The position numbers were made by a program, and so were the translations under genes. From a virus (Duplodnaviria > Caudoviricetes), in the IMG/VR virus record IMGVR_UViG_3300046018_000239, positions 1 to 63,997 of that record: a stretch of DNA of 63,997 nucleotides. The stretch is one strand, 5' to 3'. Positions 15,937 to 25,996 of the stretch are shown here, piece by piece (position 1 is the stretch's first letter; every line of letters begins with the position of its first letter). The notes under the pieces are model-generated. The model was not told the DNA's origin. It saw nothing but the letters and a program-made list of their open reading frames with translations, and made no database searches.

Positions 15937-17528
15937 TGGCGCGTCGCGCGGTAACGCCTGTTGTCGCGGAGGAGTCCGGCGATGACATGGTGGCGCTTGT
16001 CTCTCGGTACGCGCTGGACCCGCTGGGTTTTGTTGAGGCTGTGTTCCCGTGGGGTGAGGCGGGGACGGTGCTGGCGCAGGAGACTGGGCCGGATCAGTGG
16101 CAGGCTGAGTTCCTGGCGACGGTGCGTGACCACCTGACGAATGGTGGTGAGGTGCAGGACGCCTTGCGGATGGCGGTGGCCAGTGGGCACGGCGTTGGCA
16201 AGACGGTGATGGTGGCGTGGATCATCATCTGGTTCATGTCCACGCGGCCGAACCCGCAGGTAGTGGTGACGGCGAACACGCTGGGGCAGTTGTCGGGCAA
16301 GACGTGGCGCGAGTTGTCGAAGTGGCACAAGCTGTCGATCAACGCGGCCTGGTTCCAGTGGACGGCAACGCGGTTCTATTTCAAGGGCGCCCCGGATACG
16401 TGGTGCGCGAACGCGGTGCCGTGGTCGAAGGAGAAGGCGGAGTCCTTCGCGGGCACGCACGAGAAGCATGTGCTGCTGATCTTCGATGAGGCGTCGTCGA
16501 TTGATGACGTGATTTGGGATGTGGCCGAGGGTGCGATGACCACGGCCGGGGCGATGTGGTTCTGCTTCGGGAACCCGACGCGGAACACGGGCCGGTTCCG
16601 GGAATGCTGGCGGCGGTTCCGGCACAGGTGGCTGACGTACCAGGTGGACAGCCGGACGGCGAAGAAGGCGCACAAGCCGCAGCTGCTAGCGTGGATCGAG
16701 GATTACGGCGAGGACAGCGATTTCGTTCGAATCCGGGTGAAGGGCGAGTTCCCGCGGGCTGCGTCGTCGCAGTTCATCCCGGAGGACGTGGTTGAGGATG
16801 CGCGCAAGCGGTATCGCGTGCTGCTGCGGCGGAAGCGCGAGAGGGCTGGGGTCGGGCACAATGGCGGCCCGGTGCTGGAGGATGACCCGACTGCGCCGGT
16901 GGTGCGGGTCACGCTGGCGGATGCGGGGAATGAGCATGCGCCGCTGATCATGGCGGTGGACATTGCGCGGTTCGGTGATGACCAGACAGTGGTCGGGTTC
17001 CGCCGCGGCAACCTGTTCCTGGTGCATGAGAAGTGGCGCGGGCTGGACCTGATGCAGACGGCCTCGAAGGTGGCCGAGGTGATCGACACGCTGCGGCCTG
17101 ACGCGGTGTTCCTGGACGAGGTTGGTGTGGGCGGCGGCGCCATGGATCGGCTGACGCAGCTTGGCTACGCCATCCAGGGCGTGAACGGTGGGATGCGGCC
17201 GCTGAACGACCGGCTCTACTTCAACCGCCGCGTCGAGATGTGGGACCAGATGAAGATCTGGCTGAAGGACGGCGGGATCATCGAGGACGATGATCAGTTC
17301 CGCGACGACCTGACCGGGCCGGAATATGGGTTCGACGTGAAGAACCGATTTCAGCTTGAGAGCAAGGACGACATGAAGGCCCGGGGGTTGCCGAGCCCGG
17401 ATACGGCGGACTGCTTGAGCATGACGTTCTTCATGCCGGTGGCGCCGAAGAATGCGGACGCCGGCGGCGCGCTGGCGAAGCTGGACATGCTGATGGCCGA
17501 AAGCGGCGCATCGCACATGGCGTACTGA
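15936..17528 (+). CDS. terL: Terminase large subunit
   Basis: Walker A SGHGVGKT, Walker B LIFDEAS, coupling motif GNPT, nuclease VDIARFGDD and SPDTAD. Confidence 0.96.
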   Translation: MARRAVTPVVAEESGDDMVALVSRYALDPLGFVEAVFPWGEAGTVLAQETGPDQWQAEFLATVRDHLTNGGEVQDALRMAVASGHGVGKTVMVAWIIIWFMSTRPNPQVVVTANTLGQLSGKTWRELSKWHKLSINAAWFQWTATRFYFKGAPDTWCANAVPWSKEKAESFAGTHEKHVLLIFDEASSIDDVIWDVAEGAMTTAGAMWFCFGNPTRNTGRFRECWRRFRHRWLTYQVDSRTAKKAHKPQLLAWIEDYGEDSDFVRIRVKGEFPRAASSQFIPEDVVEDARKRYRVLLRRKRERAGVGHNGGPVLEDDPTAPVVRVTLADAGNEHAPLIMAVDIARFGDDQTVVGFRRGNLFLVHEKWRGLDLMQTASKVAEVIDTLRPDAVFLDEVGVGGGAMDRLTQLGYAIQGVNGGMRPLNDRLYFNRRVEMWDQMKIWLKDGGIIEDDDQFRDDLTGPEYGFDVKNRFQLESKDDMKARGLPSPDTADCLSMTFFMPVAPKNADAGGALAKLDMLMAESGASHMAY

Positions 17529-17557
17529 GCGCCGCAACCCCGAAGGGATACCCCATC

Positions 17558-18091
17558 ATGGATCTCGTCACGATGCTGGAGGCCTTTGGCCTCTCGGCCC
17601 GCATTGCCGTGCCTAGCGCCTTGCTGCTGGTCGGCCTGGCCTCGATCGCCAACGCGCTGCTGCCGCGGGTGCCGGCAGCATCGCCCTGGGCACCGACGCG
17701 CGCGCTGCTGAACAACGTGGCCCTCGGGCTGGGCCATGCCCGCCCGGTGCCGCTCGCGGCTCCGGTGGAGGAACTGACGCCGCCCCTGCAGCCTGTGGCG
17801 CCCACCCCGCCCGGGCCGGTGTCGAACACCCTTGGCGCCGCGCTGGGCTTCACGCTGCTGCTGGGGCTGACGGCCTGCGGCGGAGTGAACTGGAACGCCC
17901 TGCTGCCGGCGGCGCTGCCCGCTGCGGTATGCGCGCTGGATGCGGCCGGCCAGGTGCAGGCGGTCGCGGCGGCCGACGACGAGAACCAGGTGAAGGCGGT
18001 GAACGCCGCGCTGGCGACCGGCGGCGTGCTGATCCACGACAGCGCGTGCCAGGCGGCATTGGCCGCGGCCGCGCAGGCTGCCACGAAGTGA
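17558..18091 (+). CDS. Membrane protein of the lysis cassette (holin-like N-terminus, internal lipobox)
   Basis: N-terminal hydrophobic helix; second hydrophobic stretch ending LLLGLTAC; GTGA overlap with the lysin gene. Confidence 0.6.
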   Translation: MDLVTMLEAFGLSARIAVPSALLLVGLASIANALLPRVPAASPWAPTRALLNNVALGLGHARPVPLAAPVEELTPPLQPVAPTPPGPVSNTLGAALGFTLLLGLTACGGVNWNALLPAALPAAVCALDAAGQVQAVAAADDENQVKAVNAALATGGVLIHDSACQAALAAAAQAATK

Positions 18092-18621
18092 GCGCCGCGA
18101 TCTCGCCGCTGCTGGCCGGGCAGAGGCCGGGCGCGGTGCGCGCCTGGCGCAACTTCAACCCGGGCAACATCCGGCCGCCGAGCAAGCGGAAGGTGCATGC
18201 GAAAATGTCGGGAATCGACACCACCCCCGGCGGGCCGTTCCTGATCTACGCGAGCGAGATGGACGGCTGGCGCGACCTGGCTGACCTGCTGCTGCAGTAC
18301 CGCGAATGGGGCTGGGTGACGGTCGGCCAGATCGTGTCGAAGTTCGCGCCCGCGCAGGACGGGAACAACGTCAGCTTCTACAGCCGCATGGTCATGGAAG
18401 GCCTGGGGCTGCTGAAGAAGGGCGAGCCGCCCACGGCCGAGCAGGTGGTGCGCGGCCTGGAGACGGCCATCGACGTGCGGCAGTGGGCGGTCATGGACAA
18501 GGTGACGACGATGATCGCCACCGTCGAAGGCGCCCCAGTCCTGGGCGGCGCCAAGTCGCCCCCATGGTCCCTGTCGATGCGGGAACTTGGGTTCAAGGCC
18601 GCCGGCTTGAGCCACGGCTGA
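18088..18621 (+). CDS. Putative endolysin (RNxNPGNI lysozyme-like family)
   Basis: RNFNPGNI...F.IY....DG...Y...TVGQIVSKFAP..DGNN...Y pattern. Confidence 0.75.
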   Translation: MSAAISPLLAGQRPGAVRAWRNFNPGNIRPPSKRKVHAKMSGIDTTPGGPFLIYASEMDGWRDLADLLLQYREWGWVTVGQIVSKFAPAQDGNNVSFYSRMVMEGLGLLKKGEPPTAEQVVRGLETAIDVRQWAVMDKVTTMIATVEGAPVLGGAKSPPWSLSMRELGFKAAGLSHG

Positions 18622-18638
18622 CGCAAAGGAACAGCCGC

Positions 18639-18959
18639 ATGACGCTGGATGTAATCGTTGACGGTGATAAGGCTTACACCCCGGTCGCGCCGTCTGGCGC
18701 CACCACGATCACCCAAGGCGGAACGGCGCAGGTGCTGTGTGTGGCTGGTGAGGTCACGCGTGGCGGCATCCTAAAAAACCCCAGCACTGCGACTGAACTG
18801 TTGCTCTACACACTGGATGGCACGACGCCGGCCGCGACTGAGGGCGGCAGCACGTTCGGATTGCAGGCAGGCGAAAGCGCGGTGCTGCCGGCATCAACGG
18901 CGGCGGTTTTGGTGCGCGCTGCGACCACGGGGCACGTCTTCAGCGCGTGGGTACACTAA
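18639..18959 (+). CDS. Small beta-rich putative virion protein
   Basis: AAGGA RBS; Thr/Gly/Ala-rich. Confidence 0.65.
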   Translation: MTLDVIVDGDKAYTPVAPSGATTITQGGTAQVLCVAGEVTRGGILKNPSTATELLLYTLDGTTPAATEGGSTFGLQAGESAVLPASTAAVLVRAATTGHVFSAWVH

Positions 18960-18960
18960 G

Positions 18961-20769
18961 ATGCTGCCGCAGCCTGCAAGCCCACCTGTACGTATTGGCA
19001 CCACCGCCGGCACCGTCGCGGCCGGCGATGACAGCCGGCTGGTGGCGAACGGCGCGATCACCTCCACCACCGACACCGGCGTGACCTGGCAGGTCATCAC
19101 CTCGCCGGCTCGCCAGATCCTCATGCGCTGGCGGGACGCCGTGGCGGCGGCGGCCAGTGGCGTGGCCAGCGCCTGGGCTGGGCTTGAGGTGGCGATTGGC
19201 ATCAAGGCGCCGGTCATCAACGCCTCGCAGTCCGTCACCATCAACGCCGAGACGCTGACCGGCGGCAACGACGGCGTGACCGCCTGGCGGGTGCTGGACA
19301 GCCGCGGCTACATCATCGCGCGGCTGCTGCTGAGCGGGTTGTGGGAGGTGCCCAGCCTGCTGGTGCGCGGGGCCGCGACGTTCAGCGGCGCGGCTGGGCT
19401 GGCGGTGCAGAAACTCAGCGTCGGCGCCGAGGCGTTGGTATCCACCACGCAGGCGCTGAGCCTCTGGAACGTCGTCGATCCGGCCGGCCGCGTGGTCATG
19501 CGGCTGCTGAATACAGGCCGGCTTGAGGTGCCCTCGATCAAGGCCGGCATCGTCATCGCCAGCCGGTTCTATCTGCGCGAGCCGGCGATCCCGACGCAGG
19601 TGGGCATCTCGGCCGACGCGATCAGCACGCTCAACGCCAACCTGCCGACCATGCCCAGCGGATCGCCGCCCGCGCCGACGCTCTCGGCCAGCGTGGCGAC
19701 CTATGGGCCGACAACGCGCCACGCCTCGGAAAGCATGGGCGTGGCCGTGACGGGCGACCGCGTTTGGGCCGCGTTCTACGGCCAGAACTCGGTGGTCGGG
19801 CAGGGCGCGGAAATCGACAGCAGCTATGTCGTGCTGGCCTATTGCGACACCTATCCGGCAGGGCCGTGGACCGAATGCCTGTACGTGCTGCCGACCGCCT
19901 ACACCGGCAGCGGCGGCGCGGGCGTGGGCAGCAATATCGACCCGGTGCTGTACGCCACGTCAGACGGCCGGCTGTTGGTGATGTGGAAGGGCATCGGCAT
20001 CAACAACGTCGCCGATACCACGGTGACGAATAGCGCTGTCATGGCGCTGCTGATCCAGAACCCGCAGGCGACGGCGGGTAGCTTCATCGTCGGGCGGATC
20101 AACTATCTGGGCGTCGGCCGCCCCGAGGCGCCGGGCGTGCTGGGCAACGACGTCTACATGCTCAACGACTCGCCGGGCGGCAGCATCACCTGGGGCCGGC
20201 TGACGGCGAGCGGCGCCGATGCCATCGCCTACACGCCGCTCAACACGCTGCCATCGCTGCCGGGGCCGGCCGGCGTGGGGCTGGAATGCTCGTGGGCGCC
20301 GTTGTCGGGTGGGCGTGTCATGGCGCTATTCCGCACGGCCTCGGATGGCCTGTACACGATGACCAGTCTGCCCGGCGTCACCGGCTGGAATACCGCGGTC
20401 AAATGGACCGCGTGGCCTAATCCAAGTGGCGGCGTACCGGCTGGCGCGCGCGCGTGCATCATCCGGCTGCCGAGCGGGCTGCTGGCCATCGGGTTCAACT
20501 GGCATGCTAGCCTCCGCTACAACATGAGCCTGACGCTCAGCGCAGATGGCGGCGTGACCTGGCCCTACATCGCGCTGGTGGATACCACGCGCGGCAAGGG
20601 GGCCTATCCGGCGCTGGCGTTCGACAATGCCGGCCGCATCCTGATGGCCGAGGACTACCAGCGCGCCAACAGCGATCAGGAAATGATCGTCTGGCGGGTG
20701 GATGAGCAGAGCATCCTCGCCGGGTCACCGCTCATCGAAAAATCAGTCGTCGTTTCGGGCATCGTGTAG
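18961..20769 (+). CDS. Receptor-binding/tail protein with a sialidase-like (BNR) beta-propeller
   Basis: Asp-box SADGGVTW followed by AYP; repeated N-terminal W.V.D..G....RL...G..EVPS units; ATG at 18961. Confidence 0.7.
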   Translation: MLPQPASPPVRIGTTAGTVAAGDDSRLVANGAITSTTDTGVTWQVITSPARQILMRWRDAVAAAASGVASAWAGLEVAIGIKAPVINASQSVTINAETLTGGNDGVTAWRVLDSRGYIIARLLLSGLWEVPSLLVRGAATFSGAAGLAVQKLSVGAEALVSTTQALSLWNVVDPAGRVVMRLLNTGRLEVPSIKAGIVIASRFYLREPAIPTQVGISADAISTLNANLPTMPSGSPPAPTLSASVATYGPTTRHASESMGVAVTGDRVWAAFYGQNSVVGQGAEIDSSYVVLAYCDTYPAGPWTECLYVLPTAYTGSGGAGVGSNIDPVLYATSDGRLLVMWKGIGINNVADTTVTNSAVMALLIQNPQATAGSFIVGRINYLGVGRPEAPGVLGNDVYMLNDSPGGSITWGRLTASGADAIAYTPLNTLPSLPGPAGVGLECSWAPLSGGRVMALFRTASDGLYTMTSLPGVTGWNTAVKWTAWPNPSGGVPAGARACIIRLPSGLLAIGFNWHASLRYNMSLTLSADGGVTWPYIALVDTTRGKGAYPALAFDNAGRILMAEDYQRANSDQEMIVWRVDEQSILAGSPLIEKSVVVSGIV

Positions 20770-20777
20770 GGGCCGCC

Positions 20778-21731
20778 ATGACACTCACGCTCAACGTATC
20801 CGGCGCGGCCAGTGCCTTCCTGGCGCTGTCCCCGGCCAGCGCCAACGGCATCCAGGCGTGGCATATCCTGGGCGGCACCGATGCGGCCGGTATTGCCAAT
20901 CAGCTGGAGGGCGGCGCTGCCGGCGCCATGGCTGGCGCCCCGGTGGAAAGCGCCAGCTACACCACGTTCACCGGGCTGGCGTCGTGGCTGAAAATGGGTG
21001 TGGCGGCGTCGTCCACCTGCACGCTGATCGCGCTGATGCAGGCGGGGGCGACGCCGGCCGGAAACAGTACGTCGGCGGTGGGCGTCAGTGACAGCACGCT
21101 GACCGGCACGGCGCTGACCAGCCCGAGCGTGGCCGTCACCAGCGCCACGCTGTTGACCGTCACCGCCACGCATTCGTTGATCCCCGGCGCTCCGGTCACG
21201 CTGGCCGGGTGGTCCGGCACCGGCATCAACGGCACCTACAACGTGGCATCGGTCAACGGCACCACGTCATTCACCGTGGCGACCACCGGGGCCAGCGGCA
21301 CGCCCACCGGCGGCACCGTCACCCCGGCGATTTCGGGCCAGCACATCGCCATGGCGTACAGCAGCGGCGTGGTGCTGCGCGGCACGCGGGTGGTCAACAG
21401 CAGCGGCACGCCAACCGTAGTCAATGCGACACTATCCCTCGCATCCCCGACCGCCTGGAACCTGGTGGCGCTAGTCTGCGCGGCCGGGGTTGGTTGGACG
21501 CTGTACAACCTGACCGCCGGTACGTCGATCACGGTCTCCAACACCAACGCGCTGGTGGCGAGCGGGACCAACCTGATGGCCGGCAGCGGGTTCACCACCT
21601 ATTCGGGCGCGTCGAACATCGCCTTCGCCGGGGTGCATAACGCGGCGCTGACCTCCACTGAGTTGGCGGCCATCCGCACGCAGCTGCTCGCCATCATGGC
21701 GGGCCTCACCACGCCGATCACCGGATTCTGA
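20778..21731 (+). CDS. Putative fibre-associated beta-sandwich (LamG-like) protein
   Basis: Ser/Thr/Gly-rich; HSL.PG..VTLAG...NGTYNV module; C-terminal HNAALTSTEL. Confidence 0.6.
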   Translation: MTLTLNVSGAASAFLALSPASANGIQAWHILGGTDAAGIANQLEGGAAGAMAGAPVESASYTTFTGLASWLKMGVAASSTCTLIALMQAGATPAGNSTSAVGVSDSTLTGTALTSPSVAVTSATLLTVTATHSLIPGAPVTLAGWSGTGINGTYNVASVNGTTSFTVATTGASGTPTGGTVTPAISGQHIAMAYSSGVVLRGTRVVNSSGTPTVVNATLSLASPTAWNLVALVCAAGVGWTLYNLTAGTSITVSNTNALVASGTNLMAGSGFTTYSGASNIAFAGVHNAALTSTELAAIRTQLLAIMAGLTTPITGF

Positions 21732-21736
21732 GGGGC

Positions 21737-21919
21737 ATGAGCATGACCTTGACTGACGCGCACGGCCGCACCGTGCAGATCACCGAGACCGCTGAGGAGC
21801 GGGTGTTCACCGTCTTGGCCGCCGGGCTGGAGGTGCGGACGCGCCTAACCGCCAGCATCGCCGAGGGCATGGCGTTGGTGAACCTAAATGGTCCAGACGA
21901 CCTCGGGCAGGAGGGGTAA
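21737..21919 (+). CDS. Hypothetical protein
   Basis: GAGG RBS; tiles between fibre genes. Confidence 0.55.
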   Translation: MSMTLTDAHGRTVQITETAEERVFTVLAAGLEVRTRLTASIAEGMALVNLNGPDDLGQEG

Positions 21920-21922
21920 GCC

Positions 21923-22975
21923 ATGGCGTTTGGCACTGAGGTTGGCACTGCCGCGCCGGCTGCGGCGCCCATCGCCAGCCCGGCACTAACCGGCACGCCA
22001 ACCGCGCCGACCCCTGCGGCGGGCGATAGCAGCTCGCAGGTGATGACGACCAACGCACCGCGCTGCTTCGTGGACGTGTTCACCAGCGGTGGCACCTGGA
22101 CCAAGCGCGCGGCTGCGATCAGCGTTCGAGTGCTCGCGTGTGGTGCTGGCGGCGGCGGCGGCTTCGGCGGCTCCTACGCAGCAGCGGGTGGTGGATCGGG
22201 TGGTGGGGGCGGTGGCGGCGGCTCTGCCTCCATCGCCGAATACGCCGCAGCAGACCTGGCCGGCTCAGTGACTGTCACGGTGGGCGCCGCAGGCGCGGGC
22301 GGCACTTCGGGATCGGTAGTAGGAGCCGCAGGTGGCATCAGCAGTTTCGGAGCAAATCAGTACGGCAGTGGCGGCGGCGGCGGCTCTGGCGGCTCCGCTG
22401 CGACGGCATCCGGCGGCGGCGGTACGTCTGGCCCGATAAATGCGCAAGGCGGGTCTGCCAGCGGCGCAACGGCAGGAGCCGCTGGCACGTCGGGCGCTGC
22501 CGGCGGTAGCGGCGCGAATGGCGGCGTTGCCACCTACCCGCTGGTTGGCTCTGGCGGCGGCGGTTGCGGCGCGACCGGCACCGCCTTCCGCGCGGGAAAC
22601 CCGCTGAACTGCGGGAACTCAGGTGGTGGTAGTGGCGGCGGATTTGCGGCGGGTGTCGCGCAAGCCGGCGGAACCGCTGGCTTGGCGATAACGCCGACAG
22701 CCCAGGTTGCCGCACCAGGGGGCGCCGTTTCGACGGCCGGCAGCAAATCCTCTGACCCCGCGATCAAAAACTTCATCTCGACCACGCATAGCATTGGCCT
22801 GGGCGGCGGGGGCGGGGGCGGCGGCTCCTCGGCCAACGGCGGCGTGGGCGGTGCTGGTGCGGGGTATGGCGGCGGCGGTGGCGGCGGTGGCGCGGGCAAC
22901 AGCACGGGCGGGTTTGTTGGCGGCGCTGGTGGCGCTGGCGGCGCGGGCGTCGTCATTGTCGTGACGTACTGCTGA
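21923..22975 (+). CDS. Glycine-rich tail fibre protein
   Basis: SPALTGTPTAPT fibre repeat, FTSGGTWTK...GAGGGGG Gly-rich domain, GAGVVIV terminus. Confidence 0.85.
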   Translation: MAFGTEVGTAAPAAAPIASPALTGTPTAPTPAAGDSSSQVMTTNAPRCFVDVFTSGGTWTKRAAAISVRVLACGAGGGGGFGGSYAAAGGGSGGGGGGGGSASIAEYAAADLAGSVTVTVGAAGAGGTSGSVVGAAGGISSFGANQYGSGGGGGSGGSAATASGGGGTSGPINAQGGSASGATAGAAGTSGAAGGSGANGGVATYPLVGSGGGGCGATGTAFRAGNPLNCGNSGGGSGGGFAAGVAQAGGTAGLAITPTAQVAAPGGAVSTAGSKSSDPAIKNFISTTHSIGLGGGGGGGGSSANGGVGGAGAGYGGGGGGGGAGNSTGGFVGGAGGAGGAGVVIVVTYC

Positions 22976-23072
22976 TGGTCGCCGCGCAATCCACGCTGGG
23001 ATCACGGGCGATGGCGCATGCCGTGCGGCATGGCTCGCCGCAACCCATCTTGCCGACCTGACGGGAGCAAAC

Positions 23073-23384
23073 ATGACCGCCAGTGAGAACGAGGTGAAGT
23101 TCATTCTCGCCGCCATTGCGGACGGTCGTGAGGCATCAGCGCGCGAGCATGCCGCGCTGCGCGAGTTGGTGCTTCGGCAGGATCAGGATGTCGAGCGCAA
23201 CCGCTCCATGATCCAGGCTGTGGACGACAAGGTAGGCAAGATCAACGAGACGCTGGCAGGCGCCAAGGGTGGAGTTGCCGTCCTGAAGATGCAGGGCGCC
23301 TTCATCACCGGCGGGTCGTTTGCTGGCTTCCTGGCTTTCCTCAAGGTGCTGTTCGACGCGGCAAAGGGCAGTGCATCCCCATGA
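23073..23384 (+). CDS. Coiled-coil protein with C-terminal TM helix (holin-like)
   Basis: GGGAG RBS; hydrophobic GAFITGGSFAGFLAFLKVLF. Confidence 0.65.
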   Translation: MTASENEVKFILAAIADGREASAREHAALRELVLRQDQDVERNRSMIQAVDDKVGKINETLAGAKGGVAVLKMQGAFITGGSFAGFLAFLKVLFDAAKGSASP

Positions 23385-25375
23385 ACGCCCTGATGCCGGT
23401 AACGCAGCGCAAGATGCCGGAGCAAGATGCGAACCGCATCCTGCTGCACGCAACCCGGTTCCAGCGCGCAGCAGAAGCGCAGCGGAAGTGGGCCGAGCCG
23501 GCGAAGAAGGCGGTGGACTACTACGAGGGGCGCCAGTGGTCGGCGGCTGACTTGGCCAAGCTGGCGGCGGAAAAGCGGCCGGCCCTGACGCTCAACAAGA
23601 TCCGGCCGATCGTGAACCTGGTTCTCGGCTACCAAATCAACAACCGCTCCGACATCAAGTTCATGCCCGGGTATGACGGCACCGGCATGGCGGAGATCGC
23701 GTCGGCATTGACGCATGTGGAGAAGGAGATCGCCGAGCGGAACCTCCTGCCTTTCGTCGGCTCCGAGGTATTCATGGACGGCGTGGTCGCCGGCCGCGGC
23801 TTCTACGACAGCCGCATGGACTTCAGCCAGAACAAGCTGGGCGAGGTGAAGGTGCGGGCGCAGGACCCGTTCAGCACCTACCCGGACCCGGACGGCTTGG
23901 ACTACGACCTGAACACCGGCGCCTTCGTCTGCACCAGCCGCATGGTCAGCCCGGAGGAGGTAGGCCTGTTCTACGGCAAGTCGCTGGCGACGATGGTTGG
24001 CCCATTCATGCAAGCCGGCGGTGTCACCAGCGGCCTGCCCAGCGGCTACGTCTATGCCGCCGACGAGATCACGCCGGTTCGCTCCTTCGCGCAGAACAGC
24101 GACAAGGAGTTCCTGGCCAGCCACTACGCCGACTATTTCCACGACTGGATCGACGCGGCGCGCAAGTCGGTGCGGCTGGTGGACATGCAGCACTACGTCC
24201 TGACGCGGCGCTGGTTCTTCGTGGACCTGGAGACGGGCGACCAGCGGCCGGTGCCGGATAGCTGGACGCCGGACCAGGTGAAGAAGACGCTGGCCTGGGC
24301 GCGTGCCCAGGGTGAGCCGCTAGTGGTGCAGGAGCAGCTGGTGCGCCGGGTGCGCTGGACCCACCTCATTGGCGATGTGATCGCCTTCGACGACTGGTCG
24401 CCCTACGACACCTTCACCATCACGGGGTTCTTTCCCTACTTCCGCCGCGGCACCTCGCAGGGGCTGGTCGAACACCTGACCGACGCGCAGGACGAGGTGA
24501 ACAAGCGCCGCAGCGCGCGACTGAACCTGCTGGGCCGGGCCTCGGCGGCGGGTTGGCAGTACGAGAAGGGCAGCCTGGACGCGCAGCAGAAGCGGAACCT
24601 GGAGCGGTTCGGCAGCACGCCAGGCATCAACATCGAGTGGGATTCGAAGAACGGCAGCTTGTCGTCGCCGAAGCCCATCAGCATCGAGCCAGCGCAGGCC
24701 GGTGTGGTCGCGGCGGAAAAGGATGCGGCCCAGGACCTGAAGGAAATCGCCGGCGTGAACGACGCGGCGATGGGCCAGGTGGACCAGTCCATCATGTCCG
24801 GCCGGGCCATTCAGGCGCGGCAGCGGCAGGCGCTGGTGGGGCTGGAGGGCTTCATCAGCAACTTCCACCGCAGCACGCAGATGCTGGGCAAGAAGCACCT
24901 GGAACTGATCCAGCAGCACTACACCGAGCGGCGCATCATCCGCGTGACCGGTGCCGGCAATACGCCGGTGCAGGTCGCCATCAATGAGCGCACGGCGGGC
25001 GGCATCGTCAACGATGTCACGCTGGGCAGCTACGCGGTGGCTGTGACCGAGACGCCGATCAGCAAGACCTTCCTGGAGGCGCAGTTCCAGGAACTGATGG
25101 AAATGAAGCAGATGGGGATGCCGATCCCCGATGATTTCCTGATCGACGCCTCCTCCGTTGAGCGGAAGGAGGAGATGAAGATGGCCGTCAACGCCGCCCG
25201 CCAGCAGCAAGCGGCCGCAGCCGTCGCGGCGCCGCCGGCGGCGCCTGGCAAGGCAGCCGGCCCCGGACCCGGTGGGTCACGCCTTGGCCGTGATGGCGGT
25301 TCGCTCCCGGCCGGTCCGGAACCGGGCGCCCCGCCCGCCGGGCCGTCCATCACCAGCGCATCCCCGGCGCTGTAG
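23381..25375 (+). CDS. Portal protein (P22-like)
   Basis: YYEGRQW, RPALTLNKIRPIVNLVLG, DAQDEVNKRRS, SGRAIQARQ, YTERRIIRVTG. Confidence 0.93.
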   Translation: MNALMPVTQRKMPEQDANRILLHATRFQRAAEAQRKWAEPAKKAVDYYEGRQWSAADLAKLAAEKRPALTLNKIRPIVNLVLGYQINNRSDIKFMPGYDGTGMAEIASALTHVEKEIAERNLLPFVGSEVFMDGVVAGRGFYDSRMDFSQNKLGEVKVRAQDPFSTYPDPDGLDYDLNTGAFVCTSRMVSPEEVGLFYGKSLATMVGPFMQAGGVTSGLPSGYVYAADEITPVRSFAQNSDKEFLASHYADYFHDWIDAARKSVRLVDMQHYVLTRRWFFVDLETGDQRPVPDSWTPDQVKKTLAWARAQGEPLVVQEQLVRRVRWTHLIGDVIAFDDWSPYDTFTITGFFPYFRRGTSQGLVEHLTDAQDEVNKRRSARLNLLGRASAAGWQYEKGSLDAQQKRNLERFGSTPGINIEWDSKNGSLSSPKPISIEPAQAGVVAAEKDAAQDLKEIAGVNDAAMGQVDQSIMSGRAIQARQRQALVGLEGFISNFHRSTQMLGKKHLELIQQHYTERRIIRVTGAGNTPVQVAINERTAGGIVNDVTLGSYAVAVTETPISKTFLEAQFQELMEMKQMGMPIPDDFLIDASSVERKEEMKMAVNAARQQQAAAAVAAPPAAPGKAAGPGPGGSRLGRDGGSLPAGPEPGAPPAGPSITSASPAL

Positions 25376-25392
25376 CCAGAAAGCACCCCAGC

Positions 25393-25914
25393 ATGAATCT
25401 GCCCCTGATTGGCGGCGGAGCGGGTATCCCGTTCCACGCGCCCTTCCGCACGCACAAGTTGGACGACGCCGTGGTGCAGGCATCCCTTGGCCAGCACCTA
25501 GTCGAGAACGTGGGCTGGGGCTGGTACGCCTGGGTCTGCTTCAGCGATGGCCGCGGCCTGGCGCTAGGCCACACCGCGGGGACGCGCAAGCCAGACGCCG
25601 AGGTGTGCAACCTGCTGCAGCAGACTGCCATCCTGCTGAACGCCACCTTGGCCGAGGATGGCCACTGGATCGTCGCCTACAACCTGGAGAATGAACCTGT
25701 CGTCCTGTGGCGCGACCACGGCGGCGACATTCATGTCTGCTTCGAGATCGGCGTGCCGGGCGTAGCCCTGCTGTCCTGGCGCCCGTCCGACATTTTCACG
25801 CTCGCCCATGAGGCGCTGATGACCTACCGCGCCCAGGTGGCGCCGCTGGAACTCAAGCCAAGCGAGCAGATCTTCAAGGCGCTCGGCCAGAAGGCCACCC
25901 CCACGCGCCACTGA
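25393..25914 (+). CDS. Hypothetical protein
   Basis: 173-aa ORF between portal and scaffold with phage-typical codon usage. Confidence 0.7.
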   Translation: MNLPLIGGGAGIPFHAPFRTHKLDDAVVQASLGQHLVENVGWGWYAWVCFSDGRGLALGHTAGTRKPDAEVCNLLQQTAILLNATLAEDGHWIVAYNLENEPVVLWRDHGGDIHVCFEIGVPGVALLSWRPSDIFTLAHEALMTYRAQVAPLELKPSEQIFKALGQKATPTRH

Positions 25915-25996
25915 GTTCGTCTGCCTCGGGACGATACCCGGGGTCCCGCCGCCATGGGTCAAGGGCGCACCCGCACTCCCGCGAAAGTGGAACCAC

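Noticed and set aside
22140-22950. GGC-rich repeats
   Set aside because: Explained by poly-Gly coding in the fibre protein.
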